DNA of 64,000 bases from NCBI GenBank assembly GCA_035544615.1, contig DATKEA010000102.1, positions 4,015 through 68,014 on the forward strand. The letters are read 5' to 3'. Positions 55,123-62,887 of the stretch are shown piece by piece (positions within the stretch are counted from its first letter, which is position 1; every line of letters starts with the position of its first letter). A program made the translations under genes and the position numbers. The DNA is from Acidimicrobiia bacterium. Lineage in GTDB: Bacteria; Actinomycetota; Acidimicrobiia; Spongiisociales; ZC4RG35. The notes under the pieces were generated by a model. The model did not search any database, was not told the origin of the DNA, and saw only the letters and a program-made list of their open reading frames with translations.

Positions 55123-55574
55123 GAATCCCGAGGCCGCAGATCCACCCACTCCTTACGCCATTCCGGAGCATCGAAGGGGGAAGCAAAATAGGTCCTCTGT
55201 TCGATCACCTTGCCTCCCACGATCCTGCCGATGAGGACGACGTAGAAGAGCTCCCCGTCCGGGTAGCGCAACCGCCCTTCGGCGGTGAAAGTATCTCCGC
55301 CTCCCATGACCGTGATGGGCATGGAGATTGGACCGAACAAGGGGGTGGTGACGACCTGGGTCTCGCCGACGCCGTGCACCGCCGAGACCTCCCACTTCGG
55401 CCGGCCCCCCTCATAGCTCTCGGTTATCCGCACCCAGTTGTCGTGCCCAAGGACCACTTCTCCCGACTGTGGCCAGGTGTCGGTCCAATCCGCATGGCGA
55501 AGCGTGCCCAGGGTCTCCCAATCCCCGGCCCAAGTCGCCTGGACATACCGCTCGGCTAGCTCCTTGCTGCTCAT
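55119..55574 (-). CDS. SnoaL-like / NTF2-fold protein
   Basis: 151 aa. Assigned by general resemblance only. Confidence 0.5.
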   Translation of the reverse strand: MSSKELAERYVQATWAGDWETLGTLRHADWTDTWPQSGEVVLGHDNWVRITESYEGGRPKWEVSAVHGVGETQVVTTPLFGPISMPITVMGGGDTFTAEGRLRYPDGELFYVVLIGRIVGGKVIEQRTYFASPFDAPEWRKEWVDLRPRDS

Positions 55575-55642
55575 CGATTCCCCGTCGTCGGATGAGCCGA
55601 ACCCTATCGGACGTCTGACTGCTTGGATCTCGCCGAATTGCC

Positions 55643-55688
55643 GTCAACCTCGGGTTGACAAACCAGTATACGTCAACCTATGGTTGAC
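55643..55688. promoter_or_regulatory. two copies of palindrome GTCAACC-N3-GGTTGAC overlapping a TTGACA / TATGGT promoter of a leaderless gene
   Basis: Palindromes at 55643-55659 and 55672-55688, centres 29 bp apart. TTGACA at 55655-55660, an 18-nt spacer, TATGGT at 55679-55684, then ATG 55691 six nt downstream. Confidence 0.6.
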
Positions 55689-55690
55689 AC

Positions 55691-56401
55691 ATGGAAAGCC
55701 CGCTACCGCAGTTCGACGCCCTCGTCGAACACGTAAAGGCCGGCCAACCCCAAGGAACGGCCCTGGAGCATCTCGCCGACTCGGTGGGGATGGCCCAGCA
55801 TCTGGGCGAACTGGCCGACCACCTGATCGGTCACTTCGTGGATCAGGCCCGCAACTCCGGCGCCTCATGGGCCGAGATCGGCGATGCCCTTGGCGTCACC
55901 AAGCAGGCCGCCCAGAAGAGGTTCGTGCCCAAGACCCGGGTCGGATATGCCGCCATGGGCCGGGCAGCATCCAAATCGATGTTCGAGCGTTTCACCGACG
56001 AAGCTCGGTTGGTGGTCGTGGCGTCCGAGGACAAGTGTCGGCAGGAGGGGCATCCGGAGGTGACAACCGGGCACATCCTCCTCGCCATGCTCGACGATCC
56101 GGTTGGGCTCACCCGACGCGTGCTCGACACCGAGGGTGTCTCGCCGCTCAAGCTGCGTGAGAGGCTCGGCGACGTCCTGGGCCCGGGTCAGGGCGAGACC
56201 AAGGGCCACATCCCCTTCTCAACCGACGCCAAAAAGGTCCTGGAGCTGTCTCTGCGCGAGGCGATACGATCACAGAGCGATCACATCGGCGTGGGGCACA
56301 TCCTGCTCGGGCTCCTCCGCGACGAGAAGTCGATAGGGGCGGTGACGCTGGCCGAGTTCGGGGTCGATCGCAAGCACGTCGAGCGGGACCTCGAGACCTA
56401 G
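55691..56401 (+). CDS. Clp N-terminal (Clp_N repeat) domain protein with N-terminal HTH-like segment
   Basis: 236 aa with an ERFTDEAR...GHILLAML and GVGHILLGLL Clp_N double repeat. N-terminal SWAEIGDALGVTKQAAQKRF. Confidence 0.8.
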   Translation: MESPLPQFDALVEHVKAGQPQGTALEHLADSVGMAQHLGELADHLIGHFVDQARNSGASWAEIGDALGVTKQAAQKRFVPKTRVGYAAMGRAASKSMFERFTDEARLVVVASEDKCRQEGHPEVTTGHILLAMLDDPVGLTRRVLDTEGVSPLKLRERLGDVLGPGQGETKGHIPFSTDAKKVLELSLREAIRSQSDHIGVGHILLGLLRDEKSIGAVTLAEFGVDRKHVERDLET

Positions 56402-56561
56402 TGCTCCGGGTCGTAAGTTCCGTGCTTGTAGCGCCGAGCCATCGTCGTTCCTGGCAAGGACGCAGGACGAAGGCGCACCCGGTGCGGTGCGTTGAGGACG
56501 AGAACGCAGCCAGGGGCGTCGAGGGCCGGCGGGACATGCGTGAGACTTGCGAGTCGGTGCA
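56402..56561. repeat. 160-bp imperfect-palindromic intergenic element, copy B (reference copy)
   Basis: 28-nt terminal arms pair with 19 Watson-Crick, 5 G-T and 4 mismatched positions. Flanked by direct CTAG (56398-56401 and 56562-65), and each CTAG contains the TAG stop of one convergent gene. Confidence 0.9.
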
Positions 56562-57803
56562 CTAGCCGTCGAAAGCGGCAAGAACCTCCAACACAGAGTC
56601 GATATCCGCCTCGGTGTGGTCCGCGTTCACCTGGAACCGGATCTCTTCGTCACCCTTGGGCACCACCGGGTAGTTGAGACCGGTGGCGAGCACGTCGTTG
56701 TGGAAGAGCTGTGCGACCAATGCCGACGTGCGTTCCGTGTCTCTCACCATCAGCGGGACGATGGGGTGCGGGCCGGGGATGGTCTCAAACCCGAGGTCGA
56801 TCAAACCGGCTTCGAACTTCTCGGTCATCGCCGCGAGATGGCCCAGCAAGGAGAGACCCTCGTCCGAATCGACAATGGACAGGGCCGCGGTGCCGGCCGC
56901 CGCCTCCCCGACCGTGATCGGGTTGGAGTAGATGTACATCGGAGCCTTCTCCCGGAGGAAGGCGACCAGACTCTCGCTGCCGGTCACGTACCCGCCATTC
57001 ACCCCGAACGCCTTGCCCAGTGTGCCGATCAGCACGTCGACCGAACCGGATTCGGTGATCTCCTCGGTGCCACGACCGGTAGGCCCAAACGCCCCCACGC
57101 CATGCGAATCGTCCACCACCAGCACGACATTCTCCGGGAAATCTTCGTCGTGCGCTCGTGCCAGCTCCATCAGCGCCTTGAGGTCGGCGAAGTCTCCTCG
57201 CATCGAGAACACGCCGTCGGTGACAACGACCGCCCGTCTCCCGGTGCCTGCGGCTTCTCTCAGCATGGCATCGAGAACGTTGAAGTCGAGATGGGGATAG
57301 ACGTCTCTGGAGGCGGGTCGGGATAATCGAAGGGCGTTGATGATGCAGTTGTGATTCAGCTCGTCACTGAGCACCACCGTCTCCGGTGTGATCAGTGAGG
57401 TCAGGCAGGAGACAACGGTGGCGTAGGCGGAGGAGAAGATCATCGCGGACCGCCGGTCATGCAATCGGGCCAGCCTCTCTTCGAGATCAAGGTGGGCCTG
57501 ATAGGTGCCAGAGATGAAACGCACCGCGCCGGGCCCGGCTCCGAACTCACGGGTGGCAGACTCATCCGCCGCGATCACCGCGGGATGACGTGACAGACCC
57601 AGATAGCTGTTCGAGTTCATCCGCAGGTATGGCCGCTCTAACCCGGCGAGCCGGAATCGGGGCCCAAGCTCACCCCGAGCCGGGTCCACGCCGATGATGA
57701 CCGGCTCCGATCCCTTTCCGGTCCCGGCTTCCTTCATGGCGGCGACTTCGGCGGCGAACACGGAATCAAGGCGATCGATCGGCATGAGACCCGGGTTTAG
57801 CAC
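56562..57803 (-). CDS. kbl: glycine C-acetyltransferase (2-amino-3-ketobutyrate CoA ligase)
   Basis: 413 aa (alternative ATG 57785) with DDSHGVG, TLGKAFG and YPVVPKGDEEIRFQVNADHT, closely like E. coli Kbl. Confidence 0.85.
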   Translation of the reverse strand: MLNPGLMPIDRLDSVFAAEVAAMKEAGTGKGSEPVIIGVDPARGELGPRFRLAGLERPYLRMNSNSYLGLSRHPAVIAADESATREFGAGPGAVRFISGTYQAHLDLEERLARLHDRRSAMIFSSAYATVVSCLTSLITPETVVLSDELNHNCIINALRLSRPASRDVYPHLDFNVLDAMLREAAGTGRRAVVVTDGVFSMRGDFADLKALMELARAHDEDFPENVVLVVDDSHGVGAFGPTGRGTEEITESGSVDVLIGTLGKAFGVNGGYVTGSESLVAFLREKAPMYIYSNPITVGEAAAGTAALSIVDSDEGLSLLGHLAAMTEKFEAGLIDLGFETIPGPHPIVPLMVRDTERTSALVAQLFHNDVLATGLNYPVVPKGDEEIRFQVNADHTEADIDSVLEVLAAFDG

Positions 57804-57820
57804 ACCTATAGAGTGCGGAT

Positions 57821-58702
57821 ATGACTCGTCTTGGATTCATCGGGTTGGGGATCATGGGCCACGGGATGGCGGTCAACTTGCTGGCCGCCGGAAATGAGCT
57901 GACGGTGTGGAACCGGACCGCGGAGAAGGCGGTCGACCTGGTCTGCGACACAGCCACCAATCCGCACGACCTGGGAGCGGCCAGTGACATCGTCTTCGTC
58001 TGCGTGTCCGACACTCCCGACGTGGAGGAAGTGGTGTTCGGCGACCTGGGAGTCATTCACGGGATGACGGAAGGGGACGTCCTGGTGGACCACTCGACGA
58101 TCTCGCCCGGAGCGACCAGAGACTTCGCGGTGAGAGCGGAGGAGCTCGGCGTTGCCTGGCTCGATGCCCCGGTGTCAGGTGGGTCCGAGGGCGCAGAGAA
58201 GGGAACCTTGGCCGCCATGGTTGGTGGGTCGGCGACAACCCTGGAACGGGTTCGCCCTTTCATGGAGGCCTACTCCAGTTCGATCGTCCATGTGGGAGAG
58301 GCGCCGGGCTCAGGGCAGATGGCGAAAGCGGTCAACCAGGTGCTCGTGGTGCTGAACCAACTGGCTGCCTCAGAGGGGTTGTTGTTGGCGCAGGGTGCGG
58401 GTCTCGACTTGAGAAAGACCCTGGCTGCCGTCGAAGGCGGGGCGGCAGGGTCATGGATGCTGTCGAACCGGGGACCGCAGATGATCGAGAGGGATTGGAG
58501 ACCCGGTTTCACCATCGACCTACAGCAGAAGGACCTTCGGCTGGTACTCGAGGCGGCCGACGAGCTTGGCGTTCCTGTGCCCGGGGTCTCTCTCGTCTTC
58601 CAGTTGTACCGGGCTCTCCAGGCGCAGGGTCTCGGCTCGGAAGGAAACCACGCTCTGGTCAAGGCACTAGAGCAGCTGGCCGGTATCGAGCTGAAGGGCT
58701 GA
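57821..58702 (+). CDS. NAD(P)-dependent 3-hydroxyisobutyrate / 2-hydroxy-3-oxopropionate reductase family dehydrogenase
   Basis: 293 aa with N-terminal GFIGLGIMGHGMAVNL. Confidence 0.85.
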   Translation: MTRLGFIGLGIMGHGMAVNLLAAGNELTVWNRTAEKAVDLVCDTATNPHDLGAASDIVFVCVSDTPDVEEVVFGDLGVIHGMTEGDVLVDHSTISPGATRDFAVRAEELGVAWLDAPVSGGSEGAEKGTLAAMVGGSATTLERVRPFMEAYSSSIVHVGEAPGSGQMAKAVNQVLVVLNQLAASEGLLLAQGAGLDLRKTLAAVEGGAAGSWMLSNRGPQMIERDWRPGFTIDLQQKDLRLVLEAADELGVPVPGVSLVFQLYRALQAQGLGSEGNHALVKALEQLAGIELKG

Positions 58703-58804
58703 CGGGTTTGCGCCTCCCGTAATCGCCCCTTTCGGGGGACTCCTCCCAACCTTGGGGGAGGTGGCCGGAAAGGCCGGAGGGGCATCCCCGATTGGCGGGT
58801 GAAG

Positions 58805-59251
58805 TCAGCCGAGCAGGTCCTCTTTGACTCTCGCTACATGACCGGTGGCCTTGATGTTGCGGTAAGCCTTCTCCAGGGTGCCGTCGGGCCCGATTACGAA
58901 CGTGGAGCGGATCAGCCCGTCCATCAGCTTGCCGTAGAGCTTCTTGGGCCCCCAGGCACCGAGTGATGTGGCAAGGGCCTTGTCCTCGTCGGAGAGCAGG
59001 TCGAAGTTGAGACCCTCCTTCTCCTTGAATTTGGCGTTCTGGGCCGGGGGGTCGGGGCTGACCCCGACGATCTCATAGCCGGCGGCTGTGAACTCGGCGT
59101 AGCTGTCCCTGAAGTCACATGACTCCAAGGTGCACCCGGGGGTCATTGCCGCCGGGTAGAAGAACATGACGACCCTGCGGCCGGCAAAATCACTGGAGGA
59201 GACGAGGTCTCCATCCTGGTTGGGGAGGTTGAATTCAACGGTCTCGGACAT
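58805..59251 (-). CDS. bcp: thioredoxin-dependent thiol peroxidase (peroxiredoxin Q / Bcp)
   Basis: 148 aa from ATG 59251 with FFYPAAMTPGCTLESC. Confidence 0.9.
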   Translation of the reverse strand: MSETVEFNLPNQDGDLVSSSDFAGRRVVMFFYPAAMTPGCTLESCDFRDSYAEFTAAGYEIVGVSPDPPAQNAKFKEKEGLNFDLLSDEDKALATSLGAWGPKKLYGKLMDGLIRSTFVIGPDGTLEKAYRNIKATGHVARVKEDLLG

Positions 59252-59284
59252 GCTCCGAGGGTAGTTGACAATTCTGCAACGGCG

Positions 59285-59443
59285 TGCTCCGGCCACGGAC
59301 GTTGGTGATGTTCAGGGCGAGCCAGGGGCGGCGCCTGGCAAGGACGCAGGACGAAGGCGCACTGGCCCGTTCGTCGAGGACGAGGACGCAGCCAGCGGCG
59401 TCAGCTGGCCGTCCTGAACCCGGCGAACTTCAGTGGTCGGGCA
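59285..59443. repeat. 159-bp imperfect-palindromic intergenic element, copy D
   Basis: Shares terminal TGCTCCGG with copy B. Shares the core CCTGGCAAGGACGCAGGACGAAGGCGCAC and GAGGACGAGGACGCAGCCAG with B (B has A at one position in the second block). No matching flanking tetranucleotides. Confidence 0.75.
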
Positions 59444-59453
59444 CTCCTGGCCA

Positions 59454-60389
59454 CTAATCGCCTTCGGCGACGGCCTTGGCCTCGGGCGACTTGAGGAACG
59501 TCATGCCACCAGCGAAGAAGCTGAGGGCGGCCGGCAGCCAGTATGAGACGATCCGGTAGATGATCACCGGCGCCAGGGTCTGCCGGGAAGGAAACCCATA
59601 CGCCGAGAGGATGAATACGAGACCGGCCTCGGTGACGCCGAGGCCACCGGGCGTCCCGGGAAGTCCACCCGCCAGCTGGGCTACCCCGAACGCCGCCATT
59701 ACCTGAAAGACGTTGACCTCCAAGCCGAACGCTCTCAACACGAGGCCCAACGCCGCCGCCTCCAGGATCAATCGGCTCCAGATGTAGGTCTGTGACTCCG
59801 GCCCGGGGAGATGATCGATGACCGTGGCGTCGAGGCGTTTGCGAATGAACTTGGGAAGATACCTCGAGAGGGATCCCAGCTTGCCGGAGCCGAACATCAG
59901 GATCAACCCCGCGAAGAGCACGAAAGGGGCAAGAACCGCGAGACTGACCGAGAAGATCTGAGCAGACTCCCGGGGACGGGCCAGGAGCAGACCCACCCCA
60001 GACATCATCAGCAGGCCTGCATAGTTGAGAAGCACGGTGCGCACTGCGGCCCCTGTCGTCCCCGGCTCCTCATCTCGTACCGTCCATCCCATGGCAACGG
60101 GGGTGATCGCCCCACCTGCCGGAATGAGACGGGCCACCCCGGCTCCGACCAGGGCCGCCTTGAACGCCGAGAACGCCTTGAGTCTTCCACCCGCCACCTC
60201 GACAGACTCCTTGTAGAGGAGGCCAAAGAACCATTTCGCCGCGATCTGCGCCGCGGCCGCCAACGCGACAAGTCCCCATGCCGTGGACGTCATTCGGGGC
60301 AGCTCGAAGTTGTTGAGTACGAAGCCTGCGATTCCTATGTAGAGAATCGCCGCAATGACGGCGATCCATGCGACCCGCCTCGGGCTCAC
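59454..60389 (-). CDS. lysylphosphatidylglycerol synthase TM-region-like (UPF0104 flippase-like) membrane protein
   Basis: 311 aa and polytopic. GTGA overlap with the plsY stop. Confidence 0.65.
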   Translation of the reverse strand: MSPRRVAWIAVIAAILYIGIAGFVLNNFELPRMTSTAWGLVALAAAAQIAAKWFFGLLYKESVEVAGGRLKAFSAFKAALVGAGVARLIPAGGAITPVAMGWTVRDEEPGTTGAAVRTVLLNYAGLLMMSGVGLLLARPRESAQIFSVSLAVLAPFVLFAGLILMFGSGKLGSLSRYLPKFIRKRLDATVIDHLPGPESQTYIWSRLILEAAALGLVLRAFGLEVNVFQVMAAFGVAQLAGGLPGTPGGLGVTEAGLVFILSAYGFPSRQTLAPVIIYRIVSYWLPAALSFFAGGMTFLKSPEAKAVAEGD

Positions 60390-61054
60390 GGGGTCAGCAG
60401 GTCGTCTGCCGTACGGGGGAAGTCATTGCCTCCGGGATCGGTGTCGAATACCGCCCTTCTCATCGCGGGCCGGAACCCAGGTTCGCTGTCGTGGTTCCCC
60501 TGCATGCGTCGAAGAACGAGCACCGCGGAAAGGGCCAGTAGCAAGAACGACTCGGTCGCCGGGCGGCCCATGGTCGCCGAGACGATGGGAAGCAAGCCCC
60601 AACCGAAGAACCCGCCAAATCCACCGCCGATCCTCCAACCTGCCACCGACCAGCCGGTCGTCCACACCAAGAGAACAGGATCCAGGGCGAAGAGCAGTCC
60701 CGCCGCGGTGGCCAGACCACGACCGGAGCGACCGCGCATGAAGATCGACCAGTTGTGCCCGATCACTGCCATCACGCCAACCAGGCCGGCGGAACCCCGG
60801 CCGAAACCCATATCCAAAGCAAGCATCACCGGGAACAGACCCTTCAGCCCGTCACACACCCCGGCTGCGAGTCCCCATTGCCAACCGACGGTCCTTGACA
60901 GGTTCCCGGCACCGACATTGCCGCTACCGACGTAGCGGAGGTCGACACCCCGAACGCGAGCGATCACCTGGGCAAACGGAATCGAACCCAGGAGATACGC
61001 CCCTACCAGCAGGACTGGCCAGTACAAGACCCACGTTGAATCTGGCATCTGCAC
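60386..61054 (-). CDS. plsY: glycerol-3-phosphate acyltransferase PlsY
   Basis: 222 aa (GTG 61054 or ATG 61048) with YLLGSIPFA and GSGNVGAGN motifs. Confidence 0.85.
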   Translation of the reverse strand: MQMPDSTWVLYWPVLLVGAYLLGSIPFAQVIARVRGVDLRYVGSGNVGAGNLSRTVGWQWGLAAGVCDGLKGLFPVMLALDMGFGRGSAGLVGVMAVIGHNWSIFMRGRSGRGLATAAGLLFALDPVLLVWTTGWSVAGWRIGGGFGGFFGWGLLPIVSATMGRPATESFLLLALSAVLVLRRMQGNHDSEPGFRPAMRRAVFDTDPGGNDFPRTADDLLTP

Positions 61055-61062
61055 CAGGAACG

Positions 61063-62748
61063 CTAGCTACTCCTGTCAGCTCGGGAAGCAGAAACCAAGG
61101 CGGTGGCGCGGTCGACTGGCAGCTCGAGACGGAACACGCTCTCCTCTTCCTGCCGGCGATAGGTCAACGAACCTCCCATCAGCACCGCCAGCTGTCGGGC
61201 CACTGCCAGACCGAGCCCGAGCGATCCGCTCACTCCGGTATGGGCCGTTGCGTACGGCTCGAAGATCCGCTCGACATCCCGAGAGTCGACACCGGGACCG
61301 TCGTCACGGACCTCGATCCAGGCCAGCTTCTCAGCCTGCCCACCGAGGACCCGACGTGTTTCGCCACCGTAACGGTCGACATTGGTCAAGAGATTCCTGA
61401 GGATCTGGCGGACCCTCATCGGATCTGCGTAAACACCGGGGAGATCGGCCGGGGCTTCGATCGACGTCATCTGAAGACCTTCGAGTGCCATCCGCAGCTC
61501 GGCTCCCAGTTCAACCGGTGACGGCTCCACCGAGACGGTTCCGATCTCGGCACGGGCTGCCACCAGAAGATCCTCGACGATATAGGCCATCTCCTCGGCC
61601 TGTCCCGAGACCATCTCGATCAGTTCTCTTCGTTCGGAGTCACCGATGTTCTCGCTGGCAATCTCGTAAGTGAGTCCGAGAACCGCGGTCAACGGCGTCC
61701 GCAACTCATGGCTGATGGAGGTGATGAACGCATCCTTGGCCTTGATGAGGTCGGCAAACGCCTCCTCGCGGGCGCGTATGTGGGAGATGTCGGCCAGCGC
61801 TACCAGGACCGTTTCAGGGTTGACCCCCAAGGTGTCGTCGACGCAGCTTGCCTTGAGCCAGATCGGTTGACCGCGAAAGGTATGAGTCGGAAACTCCTGC
61901 TCGAAGAAGCCGTGACCGTGATAGAGAGCGACAAGGGTGTCGACGTAGGACGCCTGGTCACCCCTGGTCACCCTGCCTCCTTCGCGATACCCCAGAACGT
62001 CCCCCGGACCACGGACTTCGAGCAGGTCCATCGCCGCTCTATTCGCCTTGCGGACCGTGGCCAAATCCACCGCACGTCGCACCACTTCGGGATAGGCCAA
62101 CAGAAACTGCTTGATTCGGTCAGGCCGACCTGAGTACTCCGAGCGAACGTATGCGATCGCTGCCGCCCAGTTCTCCTCGAGGACTGCGGTAGGAGATCTG
62201 TCGAACAGAAGCCTGAGACGGCTGTTGACCGCGGTCGAAGCACTCCGAACCGCAACCAGGACCGCCGAAGCCATTGCGAACCCAACCGTCATGACAACAC
62301 CGAGGGGGATCGCCCTGGCAGGAGCGATCCCCCACACCACCGGCGCGGCCAGCAAGATCAATGAGATGGCCGCACCAGCCGAAACCGGGTTGCCATTAAC
62401 GAAGAGGATCCCGAGGCTGCAGATGACAACGAGGGCAACCGCAGCCGCAACAAGTGTGTTCTCATCCCCGGCAACGGCGTGTACGACGACGACCACAACC
62501 CCCGACCCGAACAGGGCGATGCCGCCATGCTCCTTGTTCAGCACGATCTGTGCAATCAGCAAAGCCGCTGTGAGCATCGGGCCTAGGGCTTGGATAGCCA
62601 GGGCTTCATCGCCGGTCGCATAACCGGCCAGTAGAAACAGTGCGCCGGCAACCAGGGAAGCAACAGCTCCCACCCTCACCACACGTCGGTGAAGACGATT
62701 CATGTCGGCTTGGTCGCCACGAACCGACTCGGCGAGGTTGGAGATCAT
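61063..62748 (-). CDS. sensor histidine kinase with ~6 N-terminal TM helices, no cognate response regulator in the window
   Basis: 561 aa with H-box SISHELRTPLTAV and an HATPase region (DDGPGV, GSLGLGL). Confidence 0.9.
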   Translation of the reverse strand: MISNLAESVRGDQADMNRLHRRVVRVGAVASLVAGALFLLAGYATGDEALAIQALGPMLTAALLIAQIVLNKEHGGIALFGSGVVVVVVHAVAGDENTLVAAAVALVVICSLGILFVNGNPVSAGAAISLILLAAPVVWGIAPARAIPLGVVMTVGFAMASAVLVAVRSASTAVNSRLRLLFDRSPTAVLEENWAAAIAYVRSEYSGRPDRIKQFLLAYPEVVRRAVDLATVRKANRAAMDLLEVRGPGDVLGYREGGRVTRGDQASYVDTLVALYHGHGFFEQEFPTHTFRGQPIWLKASCVDDTLGVNPETVLVALADISHIRAREEAFADLIKAKDAFITSISHELRTPLTAVLGLTYEIASENIGDSERRELIEMVSGQAEEMAYIVEDLLVAARAEIGTVSVEPSPVELGAELRMALEGLQMTSIEAPADLPGVYADPMRVRQILRNLLTNVDRYGGETRRVLGGQAEKLAWIEVRDDGPGVDSRDVERIFEPYATAHTGVSGSLGLGLAVARQLAVLMGGSLTYRRQEEESVFRLELPVDRATALVSASRADRSS

Positions 62749-62887
62749 TCACATGAATCGGCGGAATCACATGTCGCCGACACCGGCCCAGCGACCCATT
62801 CGCCCCCAAGGTATTGGAATGGACCGCCCCCCGGTCCGCAACCGGATTCGCTGGTTATCGTCGGGTGCGATCACACCGAGGGAGCCC

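Noticed and set aside
58703-58804. Three short GC hairpins between the convergent HIBADH-like and bcp genes
   Set aside because: Stems are only 4-6 bp with no U-tracts, too weak to call terminators. Not related to the 160-bp element.
62753-62887. In-frame upstream ATG that would add 45 aa to the aldehyde dehydrogenase
   Set aside because: The extension is Arg/Pro-rich and unlike ALDH N-termini. ATG 62888 has a GGGAG SD, and the product then aligns from residue 1 with RocA/PruA-type enzymes.
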